This document shows, one piece after another, positions 22,163-34,346 of a stretch of DNA of 62,000 nt. The notes under the pieces are model-generated. The model searched no databases and was not told the origin of the DNA. It saw nothing but the letters and a program-made list of their open reading frames with translations. The stretch comes from Wallemia ichthyophaga EXF-994. Lineage: Eukaryota; Fungi; Basidiomycota. Location of the stretch: contig NW_008806276.1 of assembly GCF_000400465.1 (NCBI RefSeq), forward strand, positions 82,001 through 144,000. The letters are read 5' to 3'. The stretch's first letter is position 1. Each line of letters begins with the position of its first letter. The position numbers and the translations under genes were made by a program.

Positions 22163-24577
22163 CTAGTAAGCCAATGTAGAGTTGTCTCTGCGCCAGTAAC
22201 GGTGACCAGCTATAGCTTGCGCGTAAGCACCTGCGAAAGTGGCGGCGTCGTAAGCACCGTGTGTTAATTTCTCAAGCAAACCAGTGTCTTGGTTTGTGAG
22301 GTTAGGCGCGACGACAACGCCATCTTGTACTGAGAAGCTCTTGCTATCTTCGATCTTGTTCGTGATTGGGATGAGCTTGGATGCCCATTCAGCGCTGCTG
22401 CCTACAACAGCCAGCGGCTTGTAGTGTGCATAAGCTTCAATGCACCAGTGCTTTGGTCTGCCCATTTGCAAAGTCTTCTGGTATGTATCGTTGCCGTCTA
22501 AGAAAATCAAGCTGTCGAAGTATGTTGATCTGGCTAACTCAAATGTGAATTGAGTGTCGAGCTGCTCGCCGTTCTTGCCATAAGTTGGTCCCTTTCTTGT
22601 TCCGATCACTGCTACAATATTACCTAAAGAAGAAAAGGCTTTCTGAACAGCGACTGCTTGTTGATAGTCGAAGCCATCTGGTGCAATCATCGCAATCAAT
22701 CTTCCCTCAGCCTTGAATGTGTTGTTCTTGGAGAGCATACTGATTGGATTGGAGCCGTCAGTCTTTCTGCCATGGTTCTTCTTTACTGGCTGACCGACGT
22801 CAATGCCGAAGTTGCTGGCGATACTCTTGGCGAGGTCATAATCAATGTGCTTGAAACGCTCCATCATACGCTCTTGAACACCTCTGTCATCACATCTACC
22901 AATTTCGAAAGCTGCCGTGTTAACGTAGTTGTTCTTTTCGACGTCAGATAATGAATTGTAGTGGAGAGTGGCTTGATCATAATATTCGAAGAACTTAGGG
23001 CCCAGATTTCTCTCACGTACACCTCCAACCTTGTATGGTGGATGGTGGAGACCACCCTGAGCAACAGATGCCGGACCAGGGTTGTTGTTGAATCTGTTAG
23101 GATAGTAGTTTGGTCCACTAGGGATAACTTTGCTTGATGAACCGTCTCTGAGAGTGTTCATAAATGGACACGCCTGAGGAATTGGCTGATTGATCGGTAT
23201 TTGGGAAAAGTTAATGCCACCAAGTCTAGAAATCTGTGTGTCGAAGTAACTGAAGTTACGGACTTGAAGCATTGGGTCATCCGAGTAATCCTGTTAAGTG
23301 TCAACATTTTTCAGGAAATGTCTTCCAAAACCTACGATGCCTGGTACAATGTTGTTGGTACAGAAAGCCACTTGTTCGTTCTCCGCAAACTGATCTGTGA
23401 CTGTTCTGTTCAACGTCATTGTTCCTACCCATTTAATTGGCACTTCCTCTTCAGGGATTATTTTTGTGCAGTCAAGCAAGTCAAATGAGAATTTGTCTTC
23501 GTCCTCCTCAGGAACGAGCTGTACACCAAACTCGTACTTGGGGTAGATGCCCGCGTCAATGAACATATAGAGATCGCGGCGGAGGAAATCAGGGTCCTGG
23601 CCGCCGAGCTTGAGAGCCTCATCCCAGCACAATGAGTGGTGTCCAAGATGAGGCTTCCAGTGGAACTTTACGAAAGTGCGCTTGCCTTCCTTATTGACAA
23701 AGACAAAGGTGTTTACACCAAATCCTTGAATCATACGGTAAGAGCGGGGAATCGTCGCATCGGATAACGCCCAGGAAGCCATGTGCTGATATTGTGTGAG
23801 TATATCTCGATAAAATCTTCTTAACTCACAGTAGACTCTTCGCTGAGGGAAATAAAGTCCCAAAAGTTGTCATGTGCCGTCTGTGCTTGCGGAATGCCAG
23901 TACGAGGTTCAGGTTTAGCAGCGTGGATTAGGTCAGGAAACTTCATACCATCTTGTACCTGTTGGTTTGTAAGTAAACAATCTCAAAACGTGGTTTAAAC
24001 TTCCGAAAAACGGTGCAAGTGAGTTACCGACAACATCCCAATTTCCTTCTTCTGTGTAAAAGCGGCTCGCGAAACCTCTTACTTCCCTTGCTGTCTCAGC
24101 TGCACCGGAGCTTCCGAGAACGGTTGAAAAGCGCACGAACATAGGAGTTTCACTTTCTGTGTCATTAAGGACCTTAGCGTGCGTAACATCTTCCAAGCTG
24201 GTGTGCAATTTGAAGAATCCATGTGCAGCGTCACCGCGGGCATGAACGACACGCTCTGAGATGACGTCAGTCAGAAAAACCAAATGCTCGGAACGCACCT
24301 GGGATTCTCTCGTGGTCAAAGTGCGAGACCTTATCGCGCATGATAGGATCGCTGAGAAGGTAAGGGCCTCTGCGGCCGGCCTTCATGCCGACTTCAACAT
24401 TATCAGCCTTGGCGCCGAAGGTGGTGCGGTGGAAGGCATCTCCCTCCGTAGGGATGTCCCTGGTGGCGGTGGCGAGTTGCTCGGCCTTCGAGTTTGCGTT
24501 GACGGGTTTGTCGGAATCGTATACGGACCTGCAGGAAAGTTATTAGATAGGGCGATACGTTTGCACATTACCCACAT
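22163..24577 (-). CDS. Large-subunit (clade 2) monofunctional catalase with C-terminal DJ-1/GATase-like domain
   Basis: [15 protein letters not shown] (distal His), [16 protein letters not shown] (proximal Tyr). Five introns, including 24529-24575 (splits the ATG) and 23959-24004 (GG donor). Confidence 0.93.
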
Positions 24578-24780
24578 TATTATTCGTAGTTGGAGAAGAA
24601 GTCATGACAAATCGGCGAAATTTATTGGTGCAAGAAATCATGACGTCAACTGGGTGCGATGAGTGATCAGCAAGTCGCTTTGAGGGGCGTGGAGGTGGAA
24701 AGCGTATACAGCATGTCTAGCGTGCTCAGTAAGTCGCAGTCTTGCACGCCACTCGCATCTGTGGCAATCCGTTCGCTGGA

Positions 24781-25122
24781 ACATTTAGCCGGTTTATCCA
24801 GATTAACCAATTTCAGGCAGAACAGAAAATCAGCCAGATTTTTATCGATATGTGCTTGTTTGCTCTACGCACTACATTAATAGGTGCAAACAGACCTAGC
24901 ATCTCCTCTCACAAAACAAATGGAGAATTTTCTCATGGTAATGAACGTCAGATTGTACTCTAAGTGATGTGAGAGGTTTGGGTGGTGAATGGATTGCGGG
25001 CTTTTTTGGCCTTAGTCACTATGCCACGCAAATCTCCAATCTGAAGCTACCCGCTCGCCCAAACGTTTAGCCAGTTTAACCAGATTACCCAGATTCAGGC
25101 AGATCAGAAAAACAGCGAGATT
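24781..25122 (+). repeat. Degenerate direct repeat, 60-bp cores at 24781-24840 and 25063-25122
   Basis: 51/60 identity, with weaker similarity extending on both flanks and internal CCAGATT sub-repeats. Confidence 0.8.
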
Positions 25123-25247
25123 TATAAGCATTCTTGATTACTAAAATCGTATAGCACATTAAAATAACGCAAGTAGCCCTGATATCTCTTCACATCAAGT
25201 ACGCGCAATTTTTTCATACAGCTGTAAATATCAAATTACACGTCTAT

Positions 25248-27182
25248 TTAGCCTACTTTAGCTTTCTTAGTGTGAGTAATGTCTGTGCGATCCTGCAAAT
25301 GCTCCTGCGAGCGCTTATCTCCTACATTCTTGCGCTCGTCTCCTGTATTTTCGTGCTTGTCTTCCACTTTTTCATCTTTCTCCCCTTGCTTCTCAATCTT
25401 GTCACCCCTTGCCGGCCTTGCCAATGGACCCCAGTTCGCCGGGTTGGCCTGATACCGTCTGATTTTCTCCTTGGAGTTGAACAGATCGACGACTTTCTGG
25501 TTATGGGTGAGATCAGCGTCGATGCTGTGAGTGTATCAGAGCAGATCACGCGCAAAAGCTCACCCTACCGCGGCTCCTTGGTGAGCAAGTGTCTTGTAGG
25601 CGAGCCCTCCTTGACGTTTTCCAGCTTGACGGGATGGGACAGCATCCACTTGCGCATCATGTCATGCACGGCGCTAACAGGTGCATCTGTCTTGATGGAC
25701 CCGGGGAGGGCGTGCGAGCGTGAGACGGCGTACCCCGCGTTAACGAGGCCGGACCTGTAAGGGGGTGAGACAATCAGTCCTTTCTAGCAAACCAAAATGT
25801 ACCCAACAGTCACCATAGAGGGCGCCGTCAGCTTCATAGCGCTCGCGACGCTGTCTGTGGTGAAGTAGAACGGCTCGTCGAGCTCGTCGTGCGCTGTGCT
25901 CACCATCCCCTTCATACGCGTAGCCGTACCGTAGGTGCCCTCCTGCGCCTGCGTGACGTGCTGCAAGAGGCGCTGCGTAAAGGCTTTGTTGTGCAGCTTG
26001 TCGATCCACATGGGGCCGTTAGTGTGACAGTGCGCGTGACACTCGCTGCATCGCCCACTCGCATCCACACCCGAGCCTACACCCACGCTCTGCGCTGCCT
26101 GGAACTTGCTCGAGACATTTCCCTTCCCGCTCACTTTCTCCACTACCCTCCCAAAAGGCTGGATGGTGTGCGCGCGGCAGAAAGAGCAAACATGCACACT
26201 CCCCGTTTTACTAAACGCCTTTTTGGTCTCGGCAGAGCCGTCGTGGATGCGCACCCACATGCGCACATAAAAGTCGATGGAGAGCGACATCATGGGCTCG
26301 ATGTAGCGCCCGTACCGCGATGCCGACTGGGAGATGGAGTTGAGGATGAGACGGAGTGCCTGCGAGTGTGTGAGTGTGAGTTTGAGTGAGCATCCCACCA
26401 CCATGCGCCTCACTCACCGCCTCGTGGGTGTACTCGGCGCGTACAGGCGTGCCGCCGTAGTTGGAGAAACACTTCTCCGGGTAGTTGGTGCCGGCCATGA
26501 CGGCAGTGTCGGTGCAGGTGATGCAGAGAAGACCCCCACTGCTAAGCGACTGCACAGCTGCATCAATGAACGGGGCTGCTGTACCGTATGGATCCAGGTC
26601 AATGACGTCGAATTGCGCCTTGCTGCGGTGCTGGTACATGAGCGCACTCGCATCGCCTTCCGTCACGTTTACCCGCCCTTGTAGCTGGTTGTACGCGACG
26701 TTTTGGCGGATGGCAGCGACGGCGTCGGGAGAAAAGTCGTTAGCGTAGATGCGGTTGGCGTTGGGGATCTCTTTGGCGTATCGGATGGCTCGCAAGCCGG
26801 TAGCTGAGAGAGCGTCGAGAATGCTGAAATTGTGCACCCAGTCTGGGTTTTCGATAGGCTCTCTCCGCTTTCCGGTGCTGTTACCGGTACTGTTACGGTT
26901 GCTGTTCTTCTCCAGCCTCTGCTTGAACTTGGCAGACTTCTCGTCGCGAACGATCTCGGACCAAACTTTGATAGCGGCTACAGACAGGTCCCTATTAAAC
27001 TCCTGTATGGGATTAATGAATGCCTTGTTGTCGCTCTTCTCGGTAATTGGGATCAGTATTTGGGCTGTATTTTCGCTTGTGAGTTTGTGATTTTCAGGAA
27101 GAGCGGGTTGAGTGGGAGTTGTGGACATTATACGGGCTTTACTGATAGACCTATTTACACAGCAGCTGCTCCTACTCAGCAT
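25248..27182 (-). CDS. TRM1: tRNA (guanine26-N2,N2)-dimethyltransferase
   Basis: FINPIQEFNRDLS, ILDALSATGLRAIRYAKE, FDVIDLDPYG, GPMWIDKLH, YQANPANWGP. Two introns. Confidence 0.95.
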
Positions 27183-27247
27183 GCACTACTTGGTAGCGAG
27201 AAGACAACGAGGACACGATAGAAACTAAAAAAATCAACAAATCTATT

Positions 27248-28280
27248 CTAATACAACCCTTCCAAGTAATCCGCGCTCTTCTTTGTGCCAGCGAATGGTC
27301 TTTCTTGTACTTTTTCGTTTGGTTTGGGGTTAGGTGTGAGGTATGGTGCGATAACGTCGTCAAATGAGGGCAATTGCTCTTTCTTCTTCTCCACACCCTT
27401 CTTAGCAGCTCCCTTAGACAAGCCAGCTGTGATTATGCTACGGATCGAAACATAGTCGAGTGGCTTGTCATCTTTGCTATCTTTCTTACCATCCTTCTTC
27501 TCAGACAGGCCTTCAAATGGCTTGAATTCAGCAGCTTCCTTGGCCTGCTTGTCGGCAACCTGCTTCATTGAGCCGCGTGGGTTGTCAATCTTACCCAAAT
27601 GAGACAGAATATCACCACGCGTAAGCATACCGTGTCTGCCGGTGCCCTGGATAGCGCTTGGGTCTGATATACCATTGTCGATCAAGAGACGTGAGACAGA
27701 AGGGAATAATGGTTTGGTGGATTCTACGTGGGTGTCTTTAGGTGTAGGTTCGGGTGTGCTTTGTGCCGGTTCTGGGGTTGGTTGTGGTGTTGAGTCTTGC
27801 TTTGCACCTTCTGACTCTCCCTGAGAACTTTTTGCACTCTCTGCCACGGCGTCCGCGGCTGAGATATCATCGCCTTCCTCACCGAGCACAGCGATCGGAG
27901 CACCAACAGGAATACCTTTTGCGCCGTCGTTGAGAATGATCTTTGCGAGAACCCCGTCATCCTGGGCTTCGACGTCGATGGTGGCCTTATCAGTTTCGAT
28001 TTCCAACAAAACGTCGCCTGCGCTGAATTTGTCGCCTGCTTTAATCTTCCAACCAGCGATACCACCTTCAGTCATAGTAGGAGACATACTGAGAAATGCT
28101 GTTAAATTGGCATATAGACTATAGTTGCTTCCTCACGCTGGAAAATCGAATTTGTTGAGTACATTCGTACATCTAGTAGTGCTTAGTGACCGAGTGAGCG
28201 TGGCTTGGGAAACGTGCTTAGAAATATCAAATTGATTAGTATTACCACTTACTGCCCCTCCTCAGCGCCATTCTCGTCAT
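27248..28280 (-). CDS. PDX1: Pyruvate dehydrogenase protein X (E3-binding protein)
   Basis: Lipoyl domain (PAMSPTMTEG..IETDKAT) plus peripheral-subunit-binding domain (IQGTGRHGMLTRGD), with no acetyltransferase domain. The 5' exons/presequence are approximate. Confidence 0.8.
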
Positions 28281-28461
28281 TGGAATCATAATCATCGTCA
28301 GAGTGTAAGATGCAAGAAGGTTATCTGGGACTTTATTGAAAATTAGTATATTTCATATTTAAATAGTAGATATTATTACAGTTAATACCTTCAAACCCCT
28401 TCAACACCCCGTCAAGACAAGAAAATACATGGTATGAAACTTATTATAGAAATGCTCTTAT

Positions 28462-29422
28462 CTAATTAAGGTACTTCCTGATAATATCAACTACGTTTAA
28501 TGCACGCTTGAGAAAGTTTCCTGGACGCGTTCTATCTGGCTCATCAGAAAAACCTTTGACATCATTATGATCTATCTCGCAGATAAGTTCCTTCGTGAGC
28601 CAGAAAGGAACACTGCGATACTCGTATGGCTTTTGGAGAAACACTCTTGCTCCTCCAACTGGCAGATGGACCTTTCTACAACAGACATGGCTATACTAGC
28701 CCTGTATACTGACTTTGTGCACTTTAATTCACGCCAATATCCCTAAACAATCTTGTCATTGTGATTGGAATGCTTTTGTAGATGTCAATCATATCTTCTC
28801 TCGTCTGAAATTTATCAACAAGCTCCGAGGAAAAAAAGTAATCACCCACCAGTGAGATTAGCGAGATGTCTATTTTTTCAGTAGGTCTGATCCCAAGGAG
28901 TCTCGGCTCATCTAAAACATACGGACAAACGCCGAGCTTTTCGACAATCGCGTACAACATCTTCTTAATACTCATTTTCCTTCTCGCGCTGTTCCTCATC
29001 GAGAATCCCGAAATCCTCTCTTGTCAATTCTTCGCGTGTACTTCTCACTATTTTCCACTTGCACATCTCGATTGCGAGCTCCAAATGCATCGAATCCTTC
29101 ATCCCACAATAGACTTTCTAGTCGATTGACGAGAACCGGAATGACTGCAGCTGATCGATTGCGGATTTTGAAAATGAATTCTTTCTTTGATCAATACTCG
29201 CGACAATTGGTGGCTTTGAGAAAGTCTTTCAACGTAAACAGTAAATCTGCATTCCCATTAGACGCGTAGATGTAATAATCATTGGATGCTATAACGACGA
29301 CGGGCTTTGTAGTATCTACGTTGAGTCTTGTAACATCACGGCGCAGGCTATTGCGATGCCATCTGGCCGTTGGTGCGTCGGCCGGAAAATTGGACTTTAG
29401 TGTGCGAGTTATCCTCAGTCAT
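28462..29422 (-). pseudogene. Unknown tandem family, copy A (disrupted)
   Basis: Homologous to the intact copy at 29672-30663 (IASNDYYIYASNGN..FTLKDF; GNFLKRALNVVDII). In-frame TGA and several frameshifts. Confidence 0.75.
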
Positions 29423-29671
29423 ATTGCCTAGAGTGGGGTTTTGATGGTCAGCTGATTGGGTTGGAATGTGGGGTGTGAGGATGTAAGAAATCGAGAGAAA
29501 AAATAATCTGGACGAGTGAGTAGTTGGTCAGGAAAGCGGTTATCAATTAAGCTCCCATGACTATCATCCTTCCTTAGAACTCCTCAGAAGAGATAGAAAT
29601 ATTAAATCATAAATCCAAGACAAATACAAGAAAAAGCAAGGTATAAAGCTTCAAACTGGATATACTCTCAT

Positions 29672-30663
29672 TTAGCTCAATTTCTTCCTAATATTCTCCA
29701 CCACGTTCACAGTTCGCTTCAGAAAAGTACCAGGATAGCAGTCACTGGGGTAGTAATTGTCTGGCTTCTCAGAGATACCATTCACGTCGTGATGCGCATG
29801 CTTGCAGTAGAACTCCCTCGACATCGCAATTGGGATTTGTTCTTCTTTGGATAACATCGGAGGAAACGCCGTCGTCTGTCGGACTGGCTGCTCTGCTTTT
29901 CCACCACAAACATAGCAAATACTGGTTGCACATTTAGACTGAATGCTCTTCGCATTCACACCCATCCCCTCAAACACCGCACTAATACTGATTGGATGAG
30001 ATCTGGGGAAATTTGGAAGATTTTCTTCGTCCTGTTTTCGTAAAGTAAGTAAGAGTCACTAAGGTTAGTCTTACCCACAAGCAATAGGCATAAAGAGATA
30101 TTCGGATACTCTGTATACCTAAACCCGAATGGTCTTAGTTCGTCTAAAACAATCGTACAATCACGACCAAATTTTTCGATGATTGTACGCACTATTTTCC
30201 TCATCATTGCATCCTCTTTCCTGTTTTGCTCATTTTCCAGAGCCAACACCTCCTTTTCCATCAATTCCTCACGTGCACCGTCCGGCAAATAATGTGATCT
30301 GGGACTCCAGAAGGAAGTATTCTTTTCTTTTTCATATAGTGATAGTGCTAAGGAGGTGTCTAGCCACTCGAGTCTATGATCAGGAAGTAAAAGCTTCTTT
30401 TTCTCGCAGTAATCGTGGCGTTCTGTTGCCTCATCAAAGTCTTCCAACGTGAAGAGTAGGGAGTCGTTACCATCAGATGCGTATATTTCCTTATCGTTAG
30501 ATGCTATCATGAGTATATGCCTTGTATTGTCAATTTTGAGTTTCATCACTTCGTCTTTCAAATCATCATTAAGCTTCCTGGCTGACTGTAGGTTGACTGT
30601 ATCTGGGAGAATGTAGATGAATTTGAAATCTGAATTCAAGGCTTTGAATCTGAGGAGCGGCAT
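29672..30663 (-). CDS. Unknown tandem family, copy B (intact, 314 aa)
   Basis: Exon 30663-30079 (195 codons), intron 30078-30032 (GTGGGT..CTAAC..CAG), exon 30031-29672 joined in frame. Confidence 0.75.
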
Positions 30664-30828
30664 TGGGCTGAAAGATAATGGCTGTCAAGTGATGAGAAAT
30701 ACAAGTGAGACAATCAGGAGTTACACATGACTTTGAATAAACTGATGAGAATCTGGCTCCTTGGGAGAAAACATGTAGCAACAAAGACAGCAGAATCAAC
30801 AAATTCATCACATTAATTATTATATTAC

Positions 30829-31893
30829 TCACACATCAAACATTTTCAGGAGTGTGAAAATTTCAATTCATATTTGTAAGACAAAATGCAAGGAATGAAG
30901 CTTGGTGCGGGATACAAATATTCTTGTTTCAGGTGGCTCTTAATTTTATCCATTACATTGACTGCGCGCCTGAAATAGGTACGCGGGAGGGGTCTGACTG
31001 GTTCATCAGAGATGCAGTCGACATCGTAATGGTCTTTCTGGCAGTAGACCTCCTTGGTAAGCCAGAGTGATAATCTCTGTGCTCGATTGATTTTAGGTGA
31101 AAGTATCTTACTGGTTACGCTGGTGTTTTGACCTTCTCAGCATACACGTGGCAGAGACTAGCAGCAGCTAAGGAAATGGTGCAATTTATCTCGACGCCCA
31201 TATCCTGGAACACACCCTTATTGTGATAGGAGGGGTTTTGGATACGTCTCGAAGATCTTCTGTCTGTTTGAGAACGTCAACAGTACATTGTACTAGAGGA
31301 CGCCTGCCACGTTTGATAGGAAGAATATGTTGAGATATTCAGTAGTCCTCCTACGGAATGGTCTCAGCTCATCTAAAATGATCATGCAAGGGCCAAGCTT
31401 GTCAACAATTTCGTCCGCTATTTTCCTTACCTCTACCTTTTTCTTATGGACCTGCTCCCTCTCAAGAATTAAAGCCTCGTCCTTCGTTATTTCGCCGCGC
31501 ACACTACTCACAATTTCGCCTTGCCAACTTGAAGTGCAAGAGCTGAAATTCTCTTGTCTCTTTTCCTGACATTCTTCTATAAACTGATGAGATGGAAAGG
31601 GGAAACAATCTAGCTTGTCGAGTGTGGATTTCGATAATAAGAACTCCTTTTTTCTATAATATTCCGGACGACCAGTAGCTTTGTCAAAGTCCTTCAACGT
31701 AAACAATAACTTTATATTCCCATTAGACGCGTAGATTTCATAATCATTGGATGCTATAGCGACGACGGGCTTTGTGCTGTCTACTTTGAGTCTTGTAACA
31801 TCACGGCGCAGGTTTTTGCGATGCCATCTGGCCGTTGGTGCGTCGCCGGCTCAGGATTGAAATACAACACTGCGTGGGAATTTTGGGGAACAT
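30829..31893 (-). pseudogene. Unknown tandem family, copy C (frameshifted)
   Basis: Same motifs (IASNDYEIYASNGN..FTLKDFDKAT; WLTKEVYCQKDHYDV..RRAVNV) and an intron at the equivalent position. Frameshifts near the 5' end and near 31230. Confidence 0.7.
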
Positions 31894-32057
31894 TGGAATA
31901 GAGGTGGAGGTGGTTGACTGATAGGGCCGAATGTGGGGTGTGGGGGAGGCTTAAGAAATTAGTAAAATAATGGAAGTAGATTGAAGATGTTTCAACAGTA
32001 AAATAAATACATTTCAAACACTGTAGCAGCAAAAGGATAGCAAGTCGAGTAAGCAAA

Positions 32058-33051
32058 TTAGAGGAAATCATTTATAATATTCTCAGTAACCACGAAAGTG
32101 CGGTGAAAGTATGTTCCGCTGGTACCACAGAATATTTCCCACTTTCTAAGGACAGCGAGTGAGTGAATGTTGCTGCAGTGGAGGTCATTGTAACATCGAT
32201 TCTCTTCGCTAGCAAAACACAGTGGCACTTGCACTCTATTCCCGCGCATGGGACAGAAACTAGCTGATGCTCTGGTATCACTCGTCTTCACCTCGACACC
32301 CTTCTCCATGAGGGCATCTTTGATAGTATAAGATGGGATCTGGCTTGAGTTAGTGGGGTTGCTTTATTAGCTATTGAAATACCTCTTTTAACACCAACAC
32401 ATCGAGATACCCATCTAAGCGAACACCAAACTCACATTGAACATCAAAAACAACAACACCCCTGCCAAACACACTGTCAATTTCGTCTGCCAACTTCCTA
32501 AACTCCTTTTTCTCCTTGTCCGTCTGTTCAACTTCAAGGAGATTGATAAAAGGCTGTGCGAGGTCGTGTTTGGTTCTTTCATCACAACAAGCCGCCAGGC
32601 TTCATTTTGTGACTGCAGATCAGCGTGCTGATCATTTGCGTGAAAATTGCGCGGGGATTTGCTGTATGAGTCGAGGCATGCGAGCGTGTAGTCGCAGAGT
32701 TGTAGCTTCTTGTTTGATCGGAAGCATTTGCGATCTACTGCCTCATCGAACTCTGTAATAGTGATTCTAGGCGAGATATTGCCGCTTATGGCAAAGAACG
32801 AGACTTTGCACGTGTTAATTATTGCGCATAGGGCAGCGCCGTCCAGCTTTAGATTTAGCTCTTCAATGTGTGCCTTTTTTCATCGGCAAGCTCTGCTGCT
32901 TGGATCTTTTTGCCGGCGTGGGGGTTCCAGATAGAGAAATACTACATTGTGGTTGTGTAGTTCTACAAATGAAGAGATTTTTGCGGACATTGCGTGTGTT
33001 GCTGATCTGTGTGGAAATTCGGGACGATCGTGGGAGAGCGAGTGGCTTCAA
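32058..33051 (-). pseudogene. Unknown tandem family, copy D (divergent, frameshifted)
   Basis: ITEFDEAVDRKCFRSNKKLQLCDYTLACLD aligns with B (LEDFDEATERHDYCEKKKLLLPDHRLEWLD), and GTYFHRTFVVTENI aligns with GTFLKRTVNVVENI. Two frameshifts, one in an A-run. Confidence 0.6.
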
Positions 33052-34346
33052 AGTTTGCAGCTGAGTGAGTTTACTGGGATTTTATATTGATGTGAGTTGT
33101 TAAATTGGATTCTTTTTTATCTGCCACAATATCTCATCGTATCGTTGAGTTTTAGCGTGGTCGATGTAGTGTGTGCGGTATTTGTGTTCAGGCTGGCGTT
33201 AGAAAATAGGTAAGAACGTGTCATTTATACTTTGTTATTATTCTTATTTCAAGGGTATTGTGGGTCGACTGAGCCACCGGTGCATCTTATACATCTCTGC
33301 GACACCACCCTAATACGTGCAAGACACTGATAAGTGGCTGGAGATTCAAATCAGCTCCATAATCAACTATTTTAACCACTCACATTTTATTATATGCAGC
33401 AATACCGTGATAATTGCGTGATTCCAGTGATGAGATGGTGTCTTACTGAGTGAGATTCCAGGATCCACTATCAAATAGAGTAACGACATGTTAGATAGCG
33501 CAACCTTTGAAACTACCACGTCCACTACAATTACCACTTCAAAGTACCTTCACAGCTGTGTAGCTGTAGCCGTCGACTACGACCTGACTGCAAGGCACAG
33601 CTAGATGCGAGATAGATGTATCCGATAAGTCTAAAAGGGGTGCAAGATGTATCCTCAACGCATTTATTTATGTTCAGGGCGGAAAATTTAGCGAAGAATT
33701 TCCTCCGAGATACAATGGGCTATTAAAATTGACTTGAAAGAGAATAAGACGGTGATAGAAGCAATTTCAGGCTATTTGGCTGGTTTAGACAGCAAATCCG
33801 ACTGCTTCCGTTTCAGATTTTGACATGAAGACTACAATTTGAGAAAAGGAAGACATGTCAGATCTGTGACAGATATCCCAATTACAGCTAAAGCAGTCCC
33901 CTTAACCTAATCAGTCCCTTTATAATCATCTTCCGCCTCTATTTCAACCTCTCACCACGACCGCATCAGACATCAACGGCACTGGCGTTGTGACAGATTC
34001 CACTCGCAAAGCACAGACCTTCTTTACATGCACCACATCGGTAAGGTCCCGTCTTAACGAGCGCCCAGACACCCGAAATGGAAATGCGAGTACTGTGTCA
34101 GTCGTCAGTTACTTCGGTGTGAAGGTATGGTATGGCATTAAACGTCAGGATTCTGAATAAATGCTCACAACCGATCCATTGATCTAACAATATAATGCAC
34201 ATTTCCTTTTTTGTCTACCGCTAATCTCAAACCTCGGAAGATTTGACAGAACCATGACGGTACTCATATAGTGGAATTGGATGTGCCTAGGACAAGTCAG
34301 ATTTAAACCACCAACTCGATATAATCCTCTTTAAGTTAAATCCACC

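Noticed and set aside
33100-34300. 1.2-kb ORF-free stretch before the ZIP transporter as a possible ncRNA or Zap1-type regulatory region
   Set aside because: No full ACCTTNAAGGT site or RNA-gene signature seen.
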